From NCBI GenBank assembly GCA_027491355.1, contig JAIXWI010000034.1, positions 4,240-68,239 of the forward strand: a DNA stretch of 64,000 nucleotides, given 5' to 3'. Below, piece after piece: positions 29,215 to 37,344 of the stretch (position 1 is its first letter; the number at the start of each line of letters is the position of its first letter). The notes beneath the pieces were generated by a model. The model was not told the DNA's origin. It saw only the letters and a program-made list of their open reading frames with translations, and did not search any database. This stretch comes from Bacteroidota bacterium (lineage in GTDB: Bacteria > Bacteroidota > Bacteroidia > UKL13-3). A program made the translations under genes and the position numbers.

Positions 29215-29448
29215 TTACTTGTTACATGGTTTGTAAATAGCACCTGTTGCAAAATCGATAATTGCACCTGGCCAGAACAATAATACATCAGCAATTAAAG
29301 CACCTGCTCTAAGCTCTCTTGCAGGTTGGTTGGCTGCTGGTTTGGTTCTTTGACAGTCACTTACTGGACCACCAAATACGGTTGCACATGAACTCAATAC
29401 TGAGATTACACAAATAATTGCGAAAAGGTTTAAAATGTTCTTTTTCAT
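29215..29448 (-). CDS. Small lipoprotein
   Basis: Lipobox LSSC-ATVFGG; IIDFATGAIYK tail typical of a Bacteroidota small lipoprotein family. Confidence 0.75.
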   Translation of the reverse strand: MKKNILNLFAIICVISVLSSCATVFGGPVSDCQRTKPAANQPARELRAGALIADVLLFWPGAIIDFATGAIYKPCNK

Positions 29449-29592
29449 TTTAGTATTTTTTAAGTTAAAATTGGAAATTGAATAATATTTTTATCATATT
29501 CACTATCAAAAATAAAAAATTAATAATTTGATAACTACATTTTTAAAAATAGCATGAAATCGGATTTTTTTTGAGAACCAAACTCCACTAAT

Positions 29593-30327
29593 CTATTTCA
29601 TCAATTTCAATACCCTTTCAATGTCTTCAGGGGTATCAACGCAATGGCTATCAAATGTTGTTTCTACGCATTTGATTTTATAGCCCGCTTCTAACCACCT
29701 TAATTGCTCTAGGCTTTCAGCTTTTTCTAAGGCTGATACAGGTAATTTGGTAATGGCTTGCAACACATCTCGGCGGTAAGCATACATGCCCACATGCCTG
29801 TAATAGGAATGGTGTAAATGCCATTCAGCTTCTGGCTTACCTTTTACAAATGGTATCACCATGCGGCTAAAATACAAGGCTTCGTTTTCGTGGTTCAATA
29901 CAATTTTCACTTCACCTTGGTCAAATAAAAAGGCTGAATTGTCAACCTTGATCATTTGGGTGGCCAGTTCTGTTTGACCTTTACAAACCGCACCCAATTC
30001 ATCAATTTGCTGTGGGTCTAAAAAAGGTTCATCTCCCTGAATATTGATGACATAATTGAAATCACCGGCTACATTTTTAAACGCTTCGTAACACCTGTCC
30101 GTTCCACTTGGATGCTCCGCTTTGGTCATCACTACTTCTCCACCAAATGCTTTTACATGCGCTGCAATGCGTTCATCATCAGTTGCCACTACCAACTTGT
30201 CAATGGTTTTGGCTTGTGAGGCTTGTTCATACACCCTTCTGATCATGCTTTTACCTTCAATTACTACCAAAGGTTTTCCCGGAAAACGGGTACTGGCATA
30301 TCTGGCTGGTATTATTCCTAAAATCAT
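29593..30327 (-). CDS. kdsB: 3-deoxy-manno-octulosonate cytidylyltransferase (CMP-Kdo synthetase)
   Basis: IIPARYASTRFPGKPL, SGTDRC, NIQGDEP, ALYFSR, ESLEQLRWLE, VDTPEDI. Confidence 0.96.
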   Translation of the reverse strand: MILGIIPARYASTRFPGKPLVVIEGKSMIRRVYEQASQAKTIDKLVVATDDERIAAHVKAFGGEVVMTKAEHPSGTDRCYEAFKNVAGDFNYVINIQGDEPFLDPQQIDELGAVCKGQTELATQMIKVDNSAFLFDQGEVKIVLNHENEALYFSRMVIPFVKGKPEAEWHLHHSYYRHVGMYAYRRDVLQAITKLPVSALEKAESLEQLRWLEAGYKIKCVETTFDSHCVDTPEDIERVLKLMK

Positions 30328-30393
30328 ATTGAATATTTTATGCGATTATCTAAAATATAACTGCTACTTCAAAGTAAAATCTTATTCTTGCGC

Positions 30394-32289
30394 ATGATTT
30401 ATTTGAGAGCAGAAAATCTTTGCAGAAGATACGGAGAAAGAACCTTGTTTAAAAACCTAAATTTAAGCATTGCGAAGGGAGAAAGAATTGCATTGATTGC
30501 AAAAAACGGTACAGGAAAAAGTTCATTACTTGAAATTTTAACCGGAAAAGAAGAGTCGGATGAGGACGGAAAAGTCATCATCGATAAAAACATCACCTGG
30601 ACTTACCTACAACAAGAGCCTGTTTTTAACCCAAGACATACCGTTTTGGAGGCCATTTTCAATACTGAACATCCCAAGTTTAAAACCATTGCTGCTTTTG
30701 AACTCTTAACAGAAAAAATGGAACATGACTCCGAAAATGTTCAAATTCATGAAGAGATGCAAAAAGTAATGGAGGACATGGAATTGCATCAAGCCTGGGA
30801 CTTAGAAAACAAAGTTCAAACCATTTTAACTAAACTCAATTTACACCACCATTTAGAACAAACAGTAAACAGTTTAAGTGGTGGTCAAAAGAAACGTTTG
30901 GCCTTGGCACAGGTATTGATTCAAGAACCAGATTTTGTAATCATGGATGAACCTACCAACCATCTAGATTTACAAATGATTGAATGGTTAGAAGCTTGGC
31001 TACAGGCATTAGACTTAACCCTTTTATTGGTTACCCACGACCGTTATTTCTTGGATAAAATTTGCAATGAAATCATTGAAATTGATGAAGGGCAATTGTT
31101 CACCTACAAAGGCAATTATGCCTATTTCTTAGAAAAGAAAGAAATGCGTGAAACTTACCAAGCAAAAGAAGCAGATGCTGCACGTAAACTCGCTAAAAAA
31201 GAACTGGAATGGATGCGCAAACAACCCAAAGCCAGAACTACCAAAAGTAAAAGCCGTATAGATGCTTATTATGAATTGAAAGAGAAAGCAGCATACCAAA
31301 AAGACGATAGCCAAGTTGAAATTCATTTGCAAATGCAAAGACTGGGCACAAAAATTTTAGAGGTCAGCCATTTAGAAAAAAGATTTGGTGATTTGAGCAT
31401 TTGCGAAAACTTCACCCACTTATTTGTTCCGGGTGAACGCATTGGTATCATTGGTCAAAATGGGGTTGGAAAAAGTACTTTCCTCAACATGCTTTTGGGC
31501 ATAGAGAAACCTGATGGAGGGAAAATTTCAAAGGGCGATACCGTTAAATTTGGCTATTACAACCAGCAAGGCATTCAACTCAAAGAAGACAAAAGGGTAA
31601 TAGAAGTAATCACGGATATTGCCGAATACATTGAAGTTGGTAAAGGGGTAAAAATGACCGCGACCAATTTATTGAAACAATTTTTGTTTGATTCAAAAAA
31701 GCAATACAACTATGTGGGTTCCTTAAGCGGAGGAGAAAAAAGAAGGTTGTACTTATTAACCATCTTAATGCAACAACCTAATTTCTTGGTATTGGATGAA
31801 CCTACCAACGATTTGGATATTGATACCTTGAATGTATTGGAAGATTTTCTTTCGGCATACAATGGTTGTATCTTAATTGTTACCCATGACCGTTATTTCA
31901 TGGACAATTTGGTTGACTCCTTGTTTGTGTTTGAAGGCAATGGTAAAATCAGGTCATTCAATGGCAACTACCAAGAGTATTTGAATTCATTGGAAAATCC
32001 GAAAGAGGAAAAAGAAGCACCAAGCAAACCCTCTATTCAAAATAACACCACAATTAATTCAGAACCAGCAAGCCAATCTAAAAAGAAATTGAGCTATAAA
32101 GAGCAAAGAGAATTGGAACAATTAACTGAAGAGATTGAAATTTTGAGTAAGCAAAAACAGGTGCTTGAACAAAAACTACAAGAACAAGTTTCAGACCATG
32201 CAGCCCTTTTGCAATTGACACAAGATTATGAACTCATCAAACAAAAATTAGATGACAAAGAATTGCGTTGGTTAGAACTCACTGAATAA
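30394..32289 (+). CDS. ABC-F family ATPase (Uup-like)
   Basis: Two ABC cassettes (NGTGKS/LSGGQKKR/DEPTNHLD; NGVGKS/LSGGEKRR/DEPTNDLD), no TM segments, KKKLSYKEQRE coiled-coil tail ending RWLEL. Confidence 0.92.
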   Translation: MIYLRAENLCRRYGERTLFKNLNLSIAKGERIALIAKNGTGKSSLLEILTGKEESDEDGKVIIDKNITWTYLQQEPVFNPRHTVLEAIFNTEHPKFKTIAAFELLTEKMEHDSENVQIHEEMQKVMEDMELHQAWDLENKVQTILTKLNLHHHLEQTVNSLSGGQKKRLALAQVLIQEPDFVIMDEPTNHLDLQMIEWLEAWLQALDLTLLLVTHDRYFLDKICNEIIEIDEGQLFTYKGNYAYFLEKKEMRETYQAKEADAARKLAKKELEWMRKQPKARTTKSKSRIDAYYELKEKAAYQKDDSQVEIHLQMQRLGTKILEVSHLEKRFGDLSICENFTHLFVPGERIGIIGQNGVGKSTFLNMLLGIEKPDGGKISKGDTVKFGYYNQQGIQLKEDKRVIEVITDIAEYIEVGKGVKMTATNLLKQFLFDSKKQYNYVGSLSGGEKRRLYLLTILMQQPNFLVLDEPTNDLDIDTLNVLEDFLSAYNGCILIVTHDRYFMDNLVDSLFVFEGNGKIRSFNGNYQEYLNSLENPKEEKEAPSKPSIQNNTTINSEPASQSKKKLSYKEQRELEQLTEEIEILSKQKQVLEQKLQEQVSDHAALLQLTQDYELIKQKLDDKELRWLELTE

Positions 32290-32997
32290 TCAGGGTGTTG
32301 GCGTTTCTTTGATACCTTGCTCAGCTACTGTAAAAAAGTGGGTGGAAAGGCTTTGTCTTTGGGTAATATAACTGGTATAATTGCCATGGTAGTTTGTTCT
32401 TTCTCTCATAATGGCATCATAGTTACCGCTTAAGCCTATGAGCATTTCACAGGCTTCTCTTACTGCAAAATTACCACTTTCATGACCAGTTACATAGTCT
32501 GCCAAGTTGTTTTGTACCACATAATGCTTAAACAAAGGATTGGCTTTGCGGTTGATTAAAATGCGCAATCCACAGGCGGATGCAATACTCAAATCCAATA
32601 CATCATCAAAAAAATAGCATACCTCGTGCATGGCCAATTCATGTTCATGACAAAAATGCTGCAGGGCATCTATTTTATGGGCTATTTTATAATATGCCGA
32701 TTGAAAATGCTCTCTTTGGGCAAAATAAAATGCTTGTTCGTTTTTCTCTCCTGAAATGATTGCAGCCAGAGGCATTTCATTGTTTTTATAAAAATGGGCG
32801 TACCTCAATAAGTTGGTTCCCATGCTATCCGCTTCATTGAAATTGCTGCTATTATTGGCATTTTTAGCTGCATCGTTGAATACACCATCCCAATCAAATA
32901 CAAATGCTTTTATTTGATTCAATTTTTCTACAATGGCTCTGGGTCTTTGAACAAAAACACCTCCAATGGCCTCAAATTCATTTACAATTGTTTGCAT
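32290..32997 (-). CDS. HAD phosphatase, probable Kdo-8-phosphate phosphatase (divergent KdsC-like)
   Basis: AFVFDWDGVFND (DxD), IISG, K..AL, YFFDDVLDL, GNFAVREACE resemble KdsC; lies in the kdsA cluster. Confidence 0.75.
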   Translation of the reverse strand: MQTIVNEFEAIGGVFVQRPRAIVEKLNQIKAFVFDWDGVFNDAAKNANNSSNFNEADSMGTNLLRYAHFYKNNEMPLAAIISGEKNEQAFYFAQREHFQSAYYKIAHKIDALQHFCHEHELAMHEVCYFFDDVLDLSIASACGLRILINRKANPLFKHYVVQNNLADYVTGHESGNFAVREACEMLIGLSGNYDAIMRERTNYHGNYTSYITQRQSLSTHFFTVAEQGIKETPTP

Positions 32998-33015
32998 AAT
33001 GCATTATTTATTCAT

Positions 33016-33043
33016 AAAAAAAGGAGGTTGAAGCCTCCTTTTT
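33016..33043 (-). terminator. Intrinsic terminator or attenuator between the transaldolase-CBS gene and the phosphatase gene
   Basis: AAAAAAAGGAGG-TTGAAG-CCTCCTTTTT. Confidence 0.7.
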
Positions 33044-33061
33044 ACTTATTTATATTGTGAA

Positions 33062-34072
33062 TTAAGATTCTAAATCTTGGATGTCTAACATGCCTACTGG
33101 TTTGCCATTTTCTGTTACCAAAATGGTATCAACTTTGGTTGATTTGAAAACCACTGCAGCATCGTTCAACAAAGCGTTTGAATCAATTGAAACAGCAGTA
33201 CCGTATTCAAAATCACCCATTTTCTTAGCCAATACATCTCTGCCATCGTTTTGGATTTTTCTGCGTAAATCGCCATCGGTGAATACCCCTTTTAAAGAGC
33301 CATCTGAATTGATCACAGTAATGGCACCAAACCCAAATTCAGTCATTTTGATGATGGCATCAGACAAATTCGTATTGACATCAATTGTTGGATTGACACC
33401 ATTCAATACTTCTTTTACCCTTACGGTCATTAAACGGGTATCTCTGATGAATTGATCGGTTCCAACTGTCGTGAAATGATTTTCTGTCAACTGTTTCATG
33501 ATTTTCAATGGAACAGTGATGGTATGCACTCCCAAGTTTAAAGCATTTCTGATATGCTCCATGGTTCTAACCGATGAGAACATCACTTTGGTATCGTAAC
33601 CATAATGGTCTACAGCTGAAACGATTTGACTTACTAAATCCAAAGCATCATGGCCTTGGTCTTGTAACCTGCCTACCAATGGGCATACATAAGTAGCACC
33701 TGCATGCATAGCCATGTATGCTTGTTGCAAAGTGTAAACCAAATGTACATTTACTAAATATCCTTTGCTACGCAATAATTTACAAGCTCTTACACCTTCT
33801 AATGATACTGGAATTTTAAATACTGTTTTTTTAGGGTCTAAACCCAATGCCAATTGTCTTTCTGCTTCTTTTAACACATCTTCTGCTGTATCTCCTAAAG
33901 CTTCAATTTGAAGTACAGGTACCATTTTAGACAATTTTACAATCATCCCGTCAATATCTGTAATCCCTTCCCTTTGCATAAATGTCGGGGTAGTGGTTAG
34001 GCCATTTAAAAAGCCCAATTTAAAACCTTCTTCAATCTCTTTCAGATTGGCTGAGTCTAAATATAATTCCAT
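33062..34072 (-). CDS. Transaldolase/fructose-6-phosphate-aldolase family barrel fused to a KdsD-type CBS pair
   Basis: aa 1-212: MELYLDSAN, GLTTTP, Schiff-base FKIP (K86), YVCPLVGRL, SSVR. aa ~213-336: LMTVRVKEVL..GVFTDGDLRR..VGMLDIQDL CBS pair. Confidence 0.88.
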   Translation of the reverse strand: MELYLDSANLKEIEEGFKLGFLNGLTTTPTFMQREGITDIDGMIVKLSKMVPVLQIEALGDTAEDVLKEAERQLALGLDPKKTVFKIPVSLEGVRACKLLRSKGYLVNVHLVYTLQQAYMAMHAGATYVCPLVGRLQDQGHDALDLVSQIVSAVDHYGYDTKVMFSSVRTMEHIRNALNLGVHTITVPLKIMKQLTENHFTTVGTDQFIRDTRLMTVRVKEVLNGVNPTIDVNTNLSDAIIKMTEFGFGAITVINSDGSLKGVFTDGDLRRKIQNDGRDVLAKKMGDFEYGTAVSIDSNALLNDAAVVFKSTKVDTILVTENGKPVGMLDIQDLES

Positions 34073-34106
34073 AATTAATTCTTGCTAATAACGCACAATA
34101 ATAAGC

Positions 34107-34114
34107 CAAATTTA
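34107..34114 (-). promoter_or_regulatory. Putative internal -7 promoter for the transaldolase-CBS gene
   Basis: TAAATTTG on the minus strand about 35 nt upstream of the ATG. Confidence 0.45.
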
Positions 34115-34150
34115 TGAATTCAAAAACCCTCTTGTTACAAGGGCTTTTGA

Positions 34151-34981
34151 TTACTTTCTGAATTTCACTTCAGTTTGGTGAATTTCAATCAATGGTTTTA
34201 AAAACTCTTCCAAATCATCAATACACAATTGCGAAGCCGCATCGCACAATGCTTTTGATGGCTCTGGGTGGGTTTCAATGAAAATACCATCTATACCTGC
34301 AGCTACACCTGCCCTACTCAAAACTGGCAAAAATTCTCTGGCTCCTCCATTTGGATCTGCGCTAGGTGTGCCATATTTCCTTACACAATGCGTTACATCA
34401 AATACCACTGGGTAGCCAATATTTCTGAGGTGGTAGAAACTTCTTGGATCAACAATTAAATCGTTGTAACCAAATGTAAATCCTCTTTCTGTTAAAATCA
34501 CTTGGTCGTTACCCGATTCAACACATTTGGCAACAGGATGCTTCATGTTTTCAGGTGCTAAAAACTGACCATGCTTGATATTCACAACCTTACCTGTTTT
34601 TGCAGCTGCTACCATTAAAGTACTTTGCATACACAAATAAGCTGGAATTTGAATCACATCTACTACTTCACCAGCAGCAGTTGCTTGTTCTGGGTAATGT
34701 ACATCTGTTAAAATAGGGAAACCAAATTGTTCTCTGATTTTAGCCAACAATTTAACACCCTTGTCTAATCCTGGTCCATCGTAGTATTTTAAACTACTGC
34801 GGTTGTCTTTTTGAAAAGACGATTTATAAATTACTTCTATTTTCAATCTTTCAGAAATCTCTTTCAGCATTTCTGCTGTTTTCATCATGATTGATTCATC
34901 TTCAATTACACATGGGCCTGAAATCAGAAACAAGTTATCTGAGCCACATTCAATATTTCCTACTTTTACAATTTTTGTCAT
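34151..34981 (-). CDS. kdsA: Kdo-8-phosphate synthase
   Basis: LISGPCVIE, YKSSFQKDNRSS, TDVH, QIPAYLC, NIKHGQF, ERG, VVFDVTH, GIFIETHP..ALCD. Confidence 0.93.
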   Translation of the reverse strand: MTKIVKVGNIECGSDNLFLISGPCVIEDESIMMKTAEMLKEISERLKIEVIYKSSFQKDNRSSLKYYDGPGLDKGVKLLAKIREQFGFPILTDVHYPEQATAAGEVVDVIQIPAYLCMQSTLMVAAAKTGKVVNIKHGQFLAPENMKHPVAKCVESGNDQVILTERGFTFGYNDLIVDPRSFYHLRNIGYPVVFDVTHCVRKYGTPSADPNGGAREFLPVLSRAGVAAGIDGIFIETHPEPSKALCDAASQLCIDDLEEFLKPLIEIHQTEVKFRK

Positions 34982-34992
34982 TTGTTTAACAA

Positions 34993-36075
34993 TTACATTC
35001 TTCTAAATAAAGACTCAATAAATCCGATATCAATTTTTTCTTTCCAATCAGTACCAATGGCATGGTTCCACATGTGGTGCAAATTATACGCAACATGTGC
35101 CATTGCTGTAATTTCTTGGTCTGTCCAATTCTTGCTCAAACCTGTAGGTAAAACAATCTTGTGTTTGGCCAACATGCTGTTAAATTCTGCAACACCTTCC
35201 GGATAAAAATCACTGAGGTGTTGAAAAGCCAAACAATTGGCATAGCAGTGTTTTTCACCAAAAATTTTACTCAATCCGTAACTCAAAGCATGGCAAACAC
35301 CAACTTCACTGTAGGTAAGGCTCAAACCACCCATCAAAGAGGCAACCATTAATTTGTCATCATTTTCTGGTGATTGACCAGCCTGTTCTCCTAAATAGAT
35401 TTCTCTGCATAATTTCAGCGATTGCTCGCCGTAAGCCATGCTATAAGCATTGTTTAAAATACCATCACGGCTTTCAATGCAATGAATAAAAGTATCCATT
35501 CCGGTATAAAACCATTTGTCAACAGGAACAGAAGCAGTCAATTCAGAATCTAAAATCACTTGGTCAAAAATGGTCCATTCGCATTTCAAACCTAATTTTT
35601 TCTCAGGACCAGTTAATACAGCAGTCATGCTACATTCGGCTCCAGTTCCTGAAATTGTAGGTACGCCCACATGGTAAACACCTGGTTTCTTAATTAGGTT
35701 TAAACCTTGGTATTGAACTGAAGAACCTTCATTGGTTAGCATCAAGGCTGTTGCTTTTGCTATGTCCATGATACTGCCACCACCAATACCTATTAAACCA
35801 GCAGGAAGTCCGGATTTGGCTAATATTTCATCTCTCAATTGGTCTATTTGCTCGGTTGTAGGTTCATGTGGGTCTACATCAATGAAATAAACCAAGTCAT
35901 TCGCTTTTGAAGGCAATTGCTGAGCCAATGCTTTGTTTTTGAAAAAGGCATCAACTACAAATACCATGTAACCATTGTTCAGGTGACGCTTTTCTGCTAA
36001 AATTTCATCCAGTTGGGCGAAGCTTCCTCTTCCAAAAACTGTTTTTTCTATGCTTTTAAAATTCTTGTGACTCAT
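34993..36075 (-). CDS. kdnB: Kdo 8-oxidase (iron-containing ADH family), KdnB-like
   Basis: N-terminus MSHKNFKSIEKTVFGRGSF closely resembles Shewanella KdnB. GIGGGSIMDIAK, PTISGTGAE, GMDTFIHCIE and GVCHALSYG motifs are present. Adjacent to kdnA. Confidence 0.85.
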   Translation of the reverse strand: MSHKNFKSIEKTVFGRGSFAQLDEILAEKRHLNNGYMVFVVDAFFKNKALAQQLPSKANDLVYFIDVDPHEPTTEQIDQLRDEILAKSGLPAGLIGIGGGSIMDIAKATALMLTNEGSSVQYQGLNLIKKPGVYHVGVPTISGTGAECSMTAVLTGPEKKLGLKCEWTIFDQVILDSELTASVPVDKWFYTGMDTFIHCIESRDGILNNAYSMAYGEQSLKLCREIYLGEQAGQSPENDDKLMVASLMGGLSLTYSEVGVCHALSYGLSKIFGEKHCYANCLAFQHLSDFYPEGVAEFNSMLAKHKIVLPTGLSKNWTDQEITAMAHVAYNLHHMWNHAIGTDWKEKIDIGFIESLFRRM

Positions 36076-36085
36076 GCAATAAAAC

Positions 36086-37282
36086 TTATTTCAAAACTGA
36101 TTGTATTGCTTTGCCAATTGCAGCAACCAAAGCTTTCAATTCTTCCTCAGTCCATGTAGCTTTGATACTGAATGAAATTAACCTTCCTATGGTACTTTGG
36201 GTTTTTGGCAAATCTAGGTTAGAGTAATCTTGAGGCGCCCCTAATAATTGTACATTTGTTTTTGCAGCAACCCTACCTTCTTTGATGTGGTCCCATTGGT
36301 TGATAAAATGATACATATTGGTGTACCAATAATTGAAGCCTGTTATGCCATTTTGGTTGAATGCGTTGACTGTTTTTTGAGCCAAGATCGTATCTGGCAA
36401 AAGAATGTTTAAAAAGGTAGCCGAATCACCATCTTTATCTGGAATTTCAGCAAACGATACACCTTTTATTTTGCCTAATTCTGCCATCATAAACTTTTTA
36501 TGGCTATTGTTCAAAGTTCGGATTTGAGGCACTCTTCTCGTTTGGGCCAAACCTACAGCAGCATGTAACTCAGAAATGCGGTAATTGAATCCTAGTACAG
36601 GATGATTTTCCATGCCTCTGTTATTGCCTTTGTGGTCATGCCCATGGTCTGCATAATTATCAGCCAATTTGTATGCTTTCTCACTATTGGTAACCATTAC
36701 ACCTCCTTCACCAGCGGTTGCAATTTTAAAAAAATCAAAACTGTAACATCCAGTTGTTCCCCATAAACCAGTGGAAACGCCTTTGTAACTTGCAGCCATT
36801 GCTTGTCCTGCATCTTCAACTAAAACCAAATTATTTTCTAAAATTACTGGCATGATTTCATCCATGTTGGCCATTTGACCACACATATGAACCAATAAAA
36901 CGGCTTTGGTTTTTGGGGTGATTGCTTTTTTTATACCTGCTGCACTAAGACAAAGTGTTTCATCAATTTCTGCAAATACTGGTAAAGCGCCTGCAAAAAT
37001 AACTGCTTCAACTGATGCTATGTAAGTGAAAGGTGGAACGATTACCTCGTCTCCTGCACCAATGCCAGCTGCTGCCAGAGCACAGGAAACAGCAGTTGAA
37101 CCACTTGATACTGCATGTGCGTATTTTGCACCTACCAGGTTGGCTACTTCTTTTTCAAATTCTTTTGCTTTCCAAATATTGTTTCGTTGAGCATCATGGT
37201 TGTATCTGAATAAAATGCCCGTTTCTAATACGTCGTTGATTTCTTTTTTCTCTTCTGCTCCAAAAAATTCGGTTCCTGCCAT
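36086..37282 (-). CDS. kdnA: 8-amino-3,8-dideoxy-manno-octulosonate transaminase (DegT/DnrJ family), KdnA-like
   Basis: MAGTEFFGAEEKKEINDVLETGILFRYN resembles the Shewanella KdnA N-terminus; EDAGQA; SFDFFK (PLP Lys); DHGHDH. Confidence 0.85.
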   Translation of the reverse strand: MAGTEFFGAEEKKEINDVLETGILFRYNHDAQRNNIWKAKEFEKEVANLVGAKYAHAVSSGSTAVSCALAAAGIGAGDEVIVPPFTYIASVEAVIFAGALPVFAEIDETLCLSAAGIKKAITPKTKAVLLVHMCGQMANMDEIMPVILENNLVLVEDAGQAMAASYKGVSTGLWGTTGCYSFDFFKIATAGEGGVMVTNSEKAYKLADNYADHGHDHKGNNRGMENHPVLGFNYRISELHAAVGLAQTRRVPQIRTLNNSHKKFMMAELGKIKGVSFAEIPDKDGDSATFLNILLPDTILAQKTVNAFNQNGITGFNYWYTNMYHFINQWDHIKEGRVAAKTNVQLLGAPQDYSNLDLPKTQSTIGRLISFSIKATWTEEELKALVAAIGKAIQSVLK

Positions 37283-37298
37283 AAATTAAAAATTTCTG

Positions 37299-37306
37299 CA
37301 AATTTA
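37299..37306 (-). promoter_or_regulatory. -7 promoter of the kdnA-kdnB-kdsA operon
   Basis: TAAATTTG on the minus strand 17 nt upstream of the kdnA ATG. Confidence 0.6.
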
Positions 37307-37344
37307 CGAAATATTACAGCATTTAAAAGCATCATTGCAAGTAT

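Noticed and set aside
33062..34072. Ordinary pentose-phosphate transaldolase (tal/fsa)
   Set aside because: The CBS fusion, four active-site substitutions and the kds context argue against assigning the standard symbol.
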